Source: Schizochytrium sp. TIO01
Taxonomy: Eukaryota > Protista > Bigyra: Labyrinthulomycetes
DNA length: 64,000 nt
Direction: 5' to 3'
Assembly: GCA_004764695.1 (NCBI GenBank)
Contig: SMSO01000035.1
Location: forward strand, 2,926,040 to 2,990,039
The position numbers and the translations under genes were made by a program. This document shows positions 1 to 11,400 of the stretch, one piece after another. Each line of letters starts with the position of its first letter. Positions within the stretch are counted from its first letter, which is position 1. The notes below the pieces were generated by a model. The model was not told the DNA's origin, did no database searches, and saw only the letters and a program-made list of their open reading frames with translations.

Positions 1-3000
1 CAATACATTACACGTTACATATTACAATAGGTGCACGCATGCATGCATGGACGTGAGTGATCTAGGATGGCCTTCAGAAATTCATCTTTGTTGTGTTGTC
101 ATTTTGCTCTTTGTTCGATGGATGTATACTCACTCAAACATACAACTTATCCATCCATCAAACAAACAAGCGATTGCATAAACTTGCAAAACAACACCGA
201 CCCACCCACCAAACAGCAAAGCAAGCATCATGTACAAACAAGTCCACGAGCTGCGGTGTTGCGTAGACAACTTACTCAAGTGATGTCAGCGACCGGTTCT
301 CTTTCAGCGGCCGCAGCCACTGCCTTGGCGCCCTCTGAGCCGATTTTGTTGTAGGAAAGACTGTTGATTTGATTGAATGATGGCAAGCAATACATTACAC
401 GTTACATATTTACAATAGATGCAGGCATGCATGCATGAACGTGAGTGATCTAGGTTGGCTTTCAGCATTTATCTTTGTTGTGTTGTTATTTTGCTCTCTG
501 TTCAATGGATGTATATTCAGTCAAACAGACAACTCATCATCCATCAAACAAACAAGCGATTGCATAAACTTGCAAAACAACACCGACCCACCCACTAAAC
601 AACCAAACCAAGCATCATGTACAAACAAGTCCACGAGCTGCGGTGTTGCGTAGACAACTTACTCAAGTGATGTCAGCGACCGGTTCTCTTTCAGCGCCGC
701 AGCCACTGCCTTGGCGCCCTCTGAGCCGATATCGTTGTTAGAAAGACTGTCGATTTGATTGAATGATGACAAGCAATACATTACACGTTACATATAACAA
801 TAGATGCACGCATGAATGCATGGACGTGAGTGATCTAGGTTGGCTTTCAGGATTTCATCTTTGTTGTGTTGTCATTTTGCTGTACGTTCGATGGATGGAT
901 ACTCAGTCAAACAGACAACTACCTTTTTCCATCAAACAAACAAACGATTACATAAACTTGCAATACAACGTCGATCAAAACAATACACCAATGAAGCGAG
1001 AATTATGTTACAAACAAGTCAATGAGCCGCGCTGTTTGCTAAGACAACTTACTTGAGTGATGTCAGCCGACCAGTTCTCTTTCAAAGCCGCACCCACTGC
1101 CTTGGCGCCCTCCTCGCAGATTTCATTGCCCGAAAGGACTGTCGATTTGATTGAATGATGGCAAGCAGTACATTACATTGCATTGGATCCATCAGTAGAC
1201 GTGAGTGATCTAGGTTGGATTTCAGGATTCCAACTATTTTTTTTTGTCACTTTGCTCTTTGTTTGATGGATGCATACTCAGTCAACAGACAACTTCTCCG
1301 TCCATCAAACAAACAAGCGATTGGATAAACTTGCAAAACAACATCGATCAAAACAATACACCAACAAAGCAAGCATCATGTACAAACAAGTCCATGAGCT
1401 GCGGTGTTGCGTACACAACTTACGTGAGTGATGTCAGCGACCGGTTCTCTTTCAGCGCCGCACCCCACTGCCTTGGCGCCCTCTGAGCCGATTTTGTTCC
1501 TACAAAGACTGTCGATTTGATTGAATGATGGCAAGCAGTACAATACAGTGCATTAGATGCATGCATGCATGGACGTGAGTGATCTAGGTTGGATTTCAGG
1601 ATTTCAACTAATTTTTTTGTCATTTTGCTCTTCGTTTGATGGATGCATACTCAGTCAAACAGACACTTTATCCTTCCATCAAACAAACAAGCGATTGCAT
1701 TAACTTGCGAAACAACACCGACCCACCCACTAAACAACAAACCAAGCATCATGTACAAACAAGTCCACGAGCTGCGGTGTTGCGTAGACAACTTACTCAA
1801 GTGATGTCAGCGACCGGTTCTCTTTCAGCGCCGCAGCCACTGCCTTGGCGCCCTCTGAGCCGATATTGTTGATATAAAGACTGTCGATTTGATTGAATGA
1901 TGACAAGCAATACATTACACGTTACATATAACAATAGATGCACGCATGAATGCATGGACGTGAGTGATCTAGGTTGGCTTTCAGGATTTCATCTTTGTTG
2001 TGTTGTCATTTTGCTGTACGTTCGATGGATGGATACTCAGTCAAACAGACAACTACCTTTTCCATCAAACAAACAAACGATTACATAAACTTGCAATACA
2101 ACGTCGATCAAAACAATACACCAATGAAGCGAGAATTATGTACAAACAAGTCAATGAGCCGCGCTGTTGCTAAGACAACTTACTTGAGTGATGTCAGCGA
2201 CCAGTTCTCTTTCAAAGCCGCACCCACTGCCTTGGCGCCCTCCTCGCAGATTTCATTGCCCGAAAGACTGTCGATTTGATTGAATGATGGCAAGCAGTAC
2301 ATTACATTGCATTGGATCCATCAGTAGACGTGAGTGATCTAGGTTGGATTTCAGGATTCCAACTATTTTTTTTTGTCACTTTGCTCTTTGTTTGATGGAT
2401 GCATACTCAGTCAAACAGACAACTTCTCCGTCCATCAAACAAACAAGCGATTGGATAAACTTGCAAAACAACATCGATCAAAACAATACACCAACAAAGC
2501 AAGCATCATGTACAAACAAGTCCATGAGCGGCGCTGCTGCTAAGACAACTTACTGAAGTGATGTCAGCGACCGGTTCTCTTTCAACGCTGCAGCCACTGC
2601 CTTGGCACCCTCTGAGCCGATATCGTTGATCCAAAGACTGCCGATTTGATTGAATGATGGCAAGCAATACATTACATTGCATTGGATGCACGCATGCATG
2701 CATGGAAGTGAGTGAGCTACTGACCAAAACAACACACCAACAAAGAAAGCATCGTGTACAAACAAGTCCATGAGCTGCGCTGTTGCTAAGACAACTTACT
2801 CAAGTAATGTCAGCGACCGATTCTCTTTCAACGCTGCAGCCATTGCCTTGGCGCCCTCTGAGCCGATTTTGTTCCCTCGAAGACTGTAGATTTGATTGAA
2901 TGATGGCAAGCAATACATTTCATTGCATTATATGCACGCATGCATGCATGGACGTGAGTGATCTAGGTTTGCTTTCAGGATTTCATCTTTGTTGTGATAT

Positions 3001-6000
3001 CGTTTTACTCATGGTTCGAGGGATGCATACTCAGTCAAACAGACAACTTATCCATCCATCAAACAAACAAGCGATTGCATAAACTTGCAAAACAACATCG
3101 ATCAAAACAATACACCAACAAAAGCAAGCATCATGTACAAACAAGTCCATGAGCTGTGGTGTTGCTAAGACAACTTACGCAAGTGACTCCAGCGACCGAT
3201 TCTCTTTCAATGCCGCAGCCACTGCCTTAGCGCCCTCTAAGCCGATCTGGTTGCCCGAAAGACTGTCGATTTGATTGAATGATGGCAAGCAATACATTAC
3301 ACATTACATTGCATTAGATACACGCATGCATGCATGGACGTGAGTGATCTAGGTTGGATTTCAGGATTCCAACTATTTTTTTTGTCATTTTGCTCTTTGT
3401 TTGATGGATGCATACTCAGTCAAACAGACAACTTACCCTTCCATCAAACAAACAAGCGATTGCATAAACTTGCAAAACAACACCGATCAAAACAATACAC
3501 CAACAAAGCAAGCATCATGTACAAACAAGTCCATGAGCTGCGGTGTTGCGTAGACAACTTACTCAAGTGATGTCAGCGACCGGTTCTCTTTCAGCGCCGC
3601 ACCCACTGCCTTGGCGCCCTCTGAGCCGATATAGTTGCTATAAAGACTGTCGATTTGATTGAATGATGGCAAGCAGTACAATACAGTGCATCAGATGCAT
3701 GCATGCATGGACGTGAGTGATCTAGGTTGGCTTTCAGAATTTCATCTTTGTTGTGTTGTCATTTTGCTCGTTTGTTCGATGGGTGCAGACTCAGTCAAAC
3801 AAGCCACGTATTCATCCACCAAACAAGCAAACAAGAGGTTGCATGAACTTGCAAAGTGACACCGTGCAAAGCCCACCGTGCAAAGCCATCCACCAAACAG
3901 CAAAGCAAGCATCACGTACAAACAAGTCCATGAGCTGCGGTGTTGCGTAGACAACTTACTCAAGTGATGTCAGCGACCGGTTCTCTTTCAGCGCCGCACC
4001 CACTGCCTTGGCGCCCTCTGAGCCGATATAGTTGCTATAAAGACTGTCGATTTGATTGAATGATGGCAAGCAGTACAATACAGTGCATCAGATGCATGCA
4101 TGCATGGACGTGAGTGATCTAGGTTGGCTTTCAGAATTTCATCTTTGTTGTGTTGTCATTTTGCTCGTTTGTTCGATGGGTGCAGACTCAGTCAAACAAG
4201 CCACGTATTCATCCACCAAACAAGCAAACAAGAGGTTGCATGAACTTGCAAAGTGGCACCGTGCAAAGCCCACCGTGCAAAGCCATCCACCAAACAGCAA
4301 AGCAAGCATCATGTACAAACAAGTCCATGAGCTGCGGTGTTGCGTAGACAACTTACTATAGTGACTCCAGCGACCGATTCTCTTTCAGCGCCGCAGCCAC
4401 TGCCTTGGCGCCCTCGTCGCCGATTTGGGTGCCATAAAGACTGTTCATTTCATTGAATGATGGCAAGGAGTACATTACATTACATTAAATGCATGCATGA
4501 ACGTGAGTGATCTAGGTTGGCTTTCAGGATTTCATCTTTGTTGTGTTGTCATTTTGCTCGTTTGTTCGATGGGTGCAGACTCAGTCAAACAAGCCACGTA
4601 TTCATCCATCAAACAAGCAAACAAGAGGTTGCATGAACTTGCAAAGTGACACCGTGCAAAGCCCACCGTGCAAAGCCATCCACCAAACAGCAAAGCAAGC
4701 ATCATGTACAAACAAGTCCATAAGCTGCGGTGTTGCGTAGACAACTTACTATAGTGACTCCAGCGACGGATTCTCTTTCAGCGCCGCAGCCACTGCCTTG
4801 GCGCCCTCGTCGCCGATTTGGGTGCCATAAAGACTGTTCATTTCATTGAATGATGGCAAGGAGTACATTACATTGCATTAAATGCATGCATGAACGTGAG
4901 TGATCTAGGTTGGCTTTCAGAATTTCATCTTTGTTGTGTTGTCATTTTGCTCGTTTGTTCGATGGGTGCATACTCAGTCAAACAGGCCACGTATTCATCC
5001 ACCAAACAAGCAAACAAGAGGTTGCATGAACTTGCAAAGTGACACCGTGCAAAGCCCACCGTGCAAAGCCACCCACCAAACAACAAAGCAAACATCATGA
5101 CAAACAAGTCCATCAGCTGCGGTGTTGCGTAGACAACTTACTACAGTGATGTCAGCGACCGGTTCTCTTTCAGCGCCGCAGCCACTGCCTTGGCGCCCTC
5201 GTCGTCGATATCATTCCGATAAAGACTGTCGAGTTGATTGAATGATGGTAAGCAATACATTACATTGCATTAGATGCACTCATGCATGCATGAACGTGAG
5301 TGATCTAGGTTGGCTTTCAGAATTTCATCTTTGTTGTGTTGTCATTTTGCTCTTTGTGCGATGGATGCATACTCAGTCAAACAGACAATTCATCCGTCCA
5401 TCAAACAAACAAGCGATTGCATAAACTTGCAAAGCAACACCGACTAAAACAATACACCAACAAAGCAAGCATCATGTACAAACAAGTCCATGAGCTGCGG
5501 TGTTGCGTAGACAACTTACTTGAGTGATGTCAGCGACCGGTTCTCTTTCAGCGCCGCAGCCACTGCCTTGGCGCCCTCGTCGCCGATTTTGTTCGCACAA
5601 AGACTGTCGATTTGATTGAATGGTGGCAAGCAATACATTACATTGCATTAGATGCACTCATGCATGCATGAACGTGAGTGATCTAGGTTGGCTTTCAGAA
5701 TTTCATCTTTGTTGTGTTGTTATTTTGCTCTTTGTGCGATGGATGCATACTCAGTCAAACAGACAATTCATCCGTCCATCAAACAAGCAAACAAGAGGTT
5801 GCATGAACTTGCAAAGTGACACCGTGCAAAGCCCACCGTGCAAAGCCATCCACCAAACAGCAAAGCAAGCGTCATGTATGAACAAGTCTACTAGCTGCGG
5901 TGTTGCGTAGATAACTTACTTGAGTGATGTCAGCGACCGGTTCTCTTTCAGCGCCGCAGCCACTGCCTTGGCGCCCTCGTCGCCGATTTTGTTCGCAGAA

Positions 6001-6480
6001 AGACTGTCGATTTGATTGAATGGTGGCAAGCAATACATTACATTGCATTAGATGCACTCATGCATGCATGAACGTGAGTGATCTAGGTTGGCTTTCAGAA
6101 TTTCATCTTTGTTGTGTTGTCATTTTGCTCTTTGTGCGATGGATGCATACTCAGTCAAACAGACAATTCATCCGTCCATCAAACAAACAAGCGATTGCAT
6201 AAACTTGCAAAACAACACCGACTAAAACAACACACCAACAAAGCAAGCATCATGCACAAACTAGTCCACGAGTTGCGGTGTTGCGTAGACAACTTACTCA
6301 AGTGATGTCAGCGACCGGTTCTCTTTCAGCGCCGCAGCCACTGCCTTGGCGCCCTCGTCGCCGATATTATTTTCAGAAAGACTGTCGAGTTGATTCAATA
6401 ATGGCATGCATGCATAGACGTGAGTGATCTAAGTTGGCTTTCAGGATTTCATCTTTGTTGTGTTTTCATTTTCCTCTTTG
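1..6480. repeat. Tandem array of ~370-400 bp units (intron + 84-nt LRR exon), ~17 copies, one unit shortened to 246 bp
   Basis: Recurring motifs gtgagtgatctaggttgg, gtacaaacaagtcca, acaacttac and gactgtcgatttgattgaatg at ~385-bp periodicity. Confidence 0.95.
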
Positions 6481-6483
6481 AAT

Positions 6484-6555
<72 letters not shown>

Positions 6556-6639
6556 TAGTACGATGTGAACTTACTCTAAAGTTGTAGCGCCATTCTGAAG
6601 CTTTTCAAGGGCAGTGACAACACCTGGGTGATCTGACAT
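276..6639 (-). CDS. Multi-exon LRR protein 'A' (RI-like 28-aa LRRs, one per exon); 3' end runs off the left edge of the window
   Basis: Exon 1 is 6639-6575 (MSDHPGVVTALEKLQNGATTL, then GTAAGT donor). It is followed by 17 AG/GTAAGT-bounded phase-2 exons at 6298-6381, 5920-6003, 5520-5603, 5142-5225, 4750-4833, 4357-4440, 3960-4043, 3563-3646, 3179-3262, 2800-2883, 2554-2637, 2184-2267, 1797-1880, 1424-1508, 1053-1138, 663-746 and 276-360. Consensus is xLxxNxIGxEGAKAVAAALKENRSLTSL. Fourteen exons are exactly 84 nt; three near the left edge are 85-86 nt (single-base insertions). Confidence 0.85.
6484..6553. repeat. (GCAA)n microsatellite in intron 1 of LRR gene A
   Basis: About 17 perfect caag/gcaa units, read directly. 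Confidence 0.95.
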
Positions 6640-7104
6640 CGCGCAGCAAGTAACGATCTATACCTTTACCAGCGAGCGCGTGCGTGTGCCTTTTCAGCTA
6701 AGCTCGTGGCACAGTCCCAGTCGTTGCAGAAGGTTTCGAACCTGCTGGACGTAAAGCTGCAAGTCGATGACAGAGTTGTGCACTTACTGAGTTACTATGG
6801 TTTCCCCTAAGAAGGAGATGTTTTTTAGTGCTCTCGAAGTGAAAGGATATTTTACTATTACGAACCTAACCTTGCCTACTCAGCCTCGGGTTCTGCATGT
6901 GCTGACCTCCTTTCTTTCTCGCTCTTTCAAGACTATTCCTATTTCCTAAAGCCTACTCCTAGAATATGTTTTGCAGGGATGCTTGCTGCAGAGGTTCCAC
7001 TCTCTCCTAATACTACCTACCTTGCACCTAAGTCGTCAAAAAAGTAAGTAAGTGACTATCAAATTAATGATACCTTTAAATCCATCATACACCCTCTCTT
7101 CAGC

Positions 7105-7223
7105 ACATTCGATCATACCACGCGGGTAACACCTCATCTCATTCGCACTGAGAAGTAAAGTCGCGTAGGGCCGGGTCAGTAGTATGATAGGGGACTGCAT
7201 GCGAAGCCCCGGTGTTGAATGTT
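7105..7223 (+). rRNA. 5S rRNA
   Basis: acattcgatcataccacg...gccccggtgttgaatgt, 119 nt, with complementary terminal stem, 5S-like internal motifs and a downstream poly-T Pol III terminator. Confidence 0.93.
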
Positions 7224-8450
7224 TTTTACCCCTTTATTTTTTTTTATTATCACTACAAGAAAGCAACTCCACGGTTGATATCACAATATAATACACATCA
7301 AAGATTAATTTTATGAAATAAAACCTGCCCGAAGAGGATTAAAAGCAATGCAAGAAAGGCAATCAGGCATCTACTCTCGGTCAAAGATTCTCCTCTTTTG
7401 AAACTTTCCTTTCCTTCTTTCTGGCACACCTTTGGTCGCAGCCGCCAGTAGCTCTGATCGTTGAAAGCAATTCTCTGCTTTTTTCACATTGAAGCCGTGA
7501 AGCAAATATCCAACGACTCGACACATCTTTGAAATCCGAAAATTGTCGACTTGTTCTCCATTCTCTCCCAAGCTTTAGCTATATCAAGATTATTTTCTTT
7601 TACGCTCCTCGATGACACAGTTGCGAGTTTGTGTCGCTCCAATACTTCATCAACGGCAACAAAAGGATTCAATAAGCTCCCACCTCTTATCTCAAATAGA
7701 CATCAATACAAGGATCTTTTCTTGCCTGCTATTCATTACACAATACGCCATAGCAATCAAAATTCAACATCCTTCTTTTGCTTTACACAATAACTTAATT
7801 TCTTATATTTATTTCAAAAAAAAAAAAAAAAAGGCTTGAAGAGTAGTTCTATGCGTTAACTCTCTTCATCTGCACGACCAGAAAGGGATGGAGTCCTTCC
7901 TCGTGTCGCCTCCTGCCTTGTTTTTGACCTAGACGAAGCACGAGCCCTCCTCGTCTTTCTTCAAGACAAGATTCCTCTTTTGCGCTCCCAGGATAAATTA
8001 GAAACGAAGTGAAAGCACCTTAAACAAAAGGGCAAAGGACCTTAACACAGGAAAGGAATAAAAGGGAATACCATGCCATCGCCAAAGCCGCAAAGCCGCA
8101 ACACGAGGCAGCGCGCGCGCACGATATCCACGCACCCGCAACCTCTCGCGTGCCACACCCCTCCACGCGTTCGCTGTTCGTCGGCGAGGCTTGGTCTACT
8201 GAGGCACTTGCGAGGCATCGCGGGGAGTCCATCCGATCCTCCTTCCTTGCAGCTCAAAAGAAGGAGAAGGAGAAGAAGAAGAGAGAGCAGAAGTCTCCGT
8301 TCCTGATCAGCAGCGCGAGCGAAGACTCAAACTACTCTCTCTCCCTCTATCTTACGAGTGCCAAAGCAAAGCGAAGACAAAGAAAAGCAAAGACAATCAA
8401 CGCGATTGATCAATCCATCCATTAAAGGTGATACTCACTGCTGCAACAAT

Positions 8451-11400
8451 ATGACTACGGCATACAAAATTGAGGACATCACAGAAGCCACCACGAAGAT
8501 AAAGTAAGTGCACGATGGAGAAGGGAGGAGACAGAAGAAGGAGGCATCGCGTTATCGATGTCTTGTAGTAGTCAGCTTTGTAGAAAAAGAATAGTTTTGA
8601 ACTAGTAGTGGCACTAATGAAGAAGTTGGAAATGGCATATACTTACTCTCACTTGTTCACAAACAAACAAACAAACACAGTCTTGGTGGGAAAAGAATTG
8701 GTCGTGAGGGCGCAAAGGCCGTCGCAAAGGCACTCGAGGGATGCAAGAACCTTCAAGAATTGTCGTACGTTTGTGGAATCATCCACGAGGGAAAGCTATC
8801 GTAATAGTCAGGACCAAGCTTTTTCTTTCTTGGTTTTTAGTGCTTGGTGTTTGTAGTACTGCTGGTACACTACCTAAAGTAGTTTACGTAGTTGGGTACG
8901 CAAAGAAAGGCAAAGAAGTCTTTTCTTTTTTACAAAGAGAAGAAGGAAATCTATATAATTTGATACGCAGCAGCAGCAGCAGAAGAAGAAGAGCTGATTG
9001 CTTTTTATTGTGCGGAAAAACAAAACAAAACAGGATCAACTGACTGGACCTGTCTTTCCTGACAACGAATGAACAAAACAAACTTATTCATTTATACTCA
9101 CAGTCTTTTCAACAACAACATTGGCGATGAGGGGACAAAGGCCGTCGCAAAGTCACTCGAGGGATGCAAGAACCTTCGAACTTTAAAGTACGTTTGTGGA
9201 ATCATCCACGAGGGAAAGCTATCGTAATAGTCAGGACCAAGCTTTTTCTTTCTTTCTTTTGAGTGCTTGGTGTTTGTAGTTCTGCTGGTACACTACCTAA
9301 GTAGTTTACGTAGTTGGGTACGCAAAGAAAGGCAAAGAAGTCTTTTCTTTTTTACAAAGAGAAGAACGAAATCTATATAATTTGATAGGCAGCAGCAGCA
9401 GCAGCAGAAGATGAAGAAGAGCTGATTGCTTTTTATTGTGAGGAAAGATAAAACAAAACAGGATCAACTGACTGGACCTGTCTTTCCTGACAATGAATGA
9501 ACAAAACAAACTTATTCATTTATACTCACAGTCTTCAGTATAACAACATTGGCTCAGAGGGCGCAAAGGCCGTCGCAAAGGCACTCGAGGGATGCAAGAA
9601 CCTTCAACGATTAGAGTACGTTTGTGGAATCATCCACAAGGGAAAGCTATCGTCATAGTCAGGACCAAGCTTTTTCTTTCTTTCTTTTTAGTGCTTGGTG
9701 TTTGTAGTTCTGCTGGTACACTACCTAAGTAGTTTACGTAGTTGGGTACGCAAAGAAAGGCAAAGAAGTCTTTTCTTTTTTACAAAGAGAAGAACGAAAT
9801 CTATATAATTTGATAGGCAGCAGCAGCAGCAGCAGAAGATGAAGAAGAGCTGATTGCTTTTTATTGTGAGGAAAGATAAAACAAAACAGGATCAACTGAC
9901 TGGACCTGTCTTTCCTGACAATGAATGAACAAAACAAACTTATTCATTTATACTCACAGTCTTCAGTATAACAACATTGGCTCAGAGGGCGCAAAGGCCG
10001 TCGCAAAGGCACTCGAGGGATGCAAGAACCTTCAACGATTAGAGTACGTTTGTGGAATCATCCACAAGGGAAAGCTATCGTCATAGTCAGGACCAAGCTT
10101 TTTCTTTCTTTCTTTTTAGTGCTTGGTGTTTGTAGTACTGCTGGTACACTACCTATGTAGTTTACGTAGTTGGGTACGCAAAGAAAGGCAAAGAAGTCTT
10201 TTCTTTTTTACAAAGAGAAGAAGGAAATCTATATAATTTGATAGGCAGCAGCAGCAGCAGAAGAAGAAGAGGTGATTGCTTTTTATTGTGAGGAAAAGCA
10301 AAACAAAATAGGATCAACTGACTGGACCTGTCTTTCCTGACAACGAATGAACAAAACAAACTTATTCATTTATACTCACAGTCTTGATGGGAACAACATT
10401 GGCGATGAGGGCGCAAAGGCCGTCGCAAAGGCACTCGAGGGATGCAAGAACCTGACTTATCTGAAGTACGTTTGTGGAATCATCCACGAGGGAAAGCTAT
10501 CATAATAGTCAGGACCAAGCCTTTTCTTTCTTTCTTTTTAGTGCTTGGTGTTTGTAGTACTGCTGGTACACTACCTAAGTAGTTTACGTAGTTGGGTACG
10601 CAAAGAAAGGCAAAGAAATTTTATTTTTTTACAAAGAGAAGAAGGAAATCTATAGAAGTTGATAGGCAGCAGCAGCAGCAGAAGAAGAAGAGCTGGTTGC
10701 TTTTTATTGTGAGGAAAAACAAAACAAAACAGGATCAACTGACTGGACCTGTCTTTCCTGACAACGAATGAACAAAACAAACTTATTCATTTATACTCAC
10801 AGTCTTGGTGGAAACAACATTCGCTCGGAGGGCGCAAAGGCCGTCGCAAAGGCACTCGAGGGATGCAAGAACCTGACTTATCTGAAGTACGTTTGTGGAA
10901 TCATCCACGAGGGAAAGCTATCGTAATAGTCAGGACCAAGCTTTTTCTTTCTTTCTTTTCAGTGCTTGGTGTTTGTAGTACTGCTGGTACACTACTTAAG
11001 TAGTTTACTTAGTTGGGTACGCAAAGAAAGGCAAAGAAGTCTTTTCTTTTTTACAAAGAGAAGAAGGAAATCTATATAATTTGATACGCAGCAGCAGCAG
11101 CAGAAAAAGAAGAGATGATTGCTTTTTATTGTGGGGAAATATGAAACAAAACAAGATCAACTGACTGGACCTGTCTTTCCTGACAACCAATGAAAAACAA
11201 ACTTATTCATTTTTACTCACAGTATTGAGAGCAACAACATTGGCTCAGAGGGCGCAAAGGCCGTCGCGAAGTCTCTGCACCAAGCATGTCCTTCTGTTCG
11301 AATCCAGTAAGTTCCGTTCCCTCTGCTTCTGGTCCTAGCTTTCGCAGAGCCTTGTCATCTATGGTTCTCTCCATGTCTCCATGGACTTGCGAGGCGGTCT

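Noticed and set aside
67-6305. Many short plus-strand ORFs in the first array
   Set aside because: They are by-products of the tandem repeat; the coherent coding signal is the spliced minus-strand LRR.
7330-7700. Possible minus-strand coding remnant shared with 35330-35640 (KAWERME..)
   Set aside because: The frames are not conserved between copies and no domain is recognisable.
8884-10780. Repeated 65-69 aa minus-strand ORFs (MFCSF...LLLLL...), also at 36.8-41.3 kb
   Set aside because: They are antisense translations of the repeated intron with its CAG/AAG microsatellite, start at non-ATG codons and vary in frame.
8681-11306. CRISPR-like array (constant repeats with short variable segments)
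   Set aside because: The context is eukaryotic, the units are ~420 bp and there are no cas genes. The variable parts are codons in splice-bounded LRR exons.
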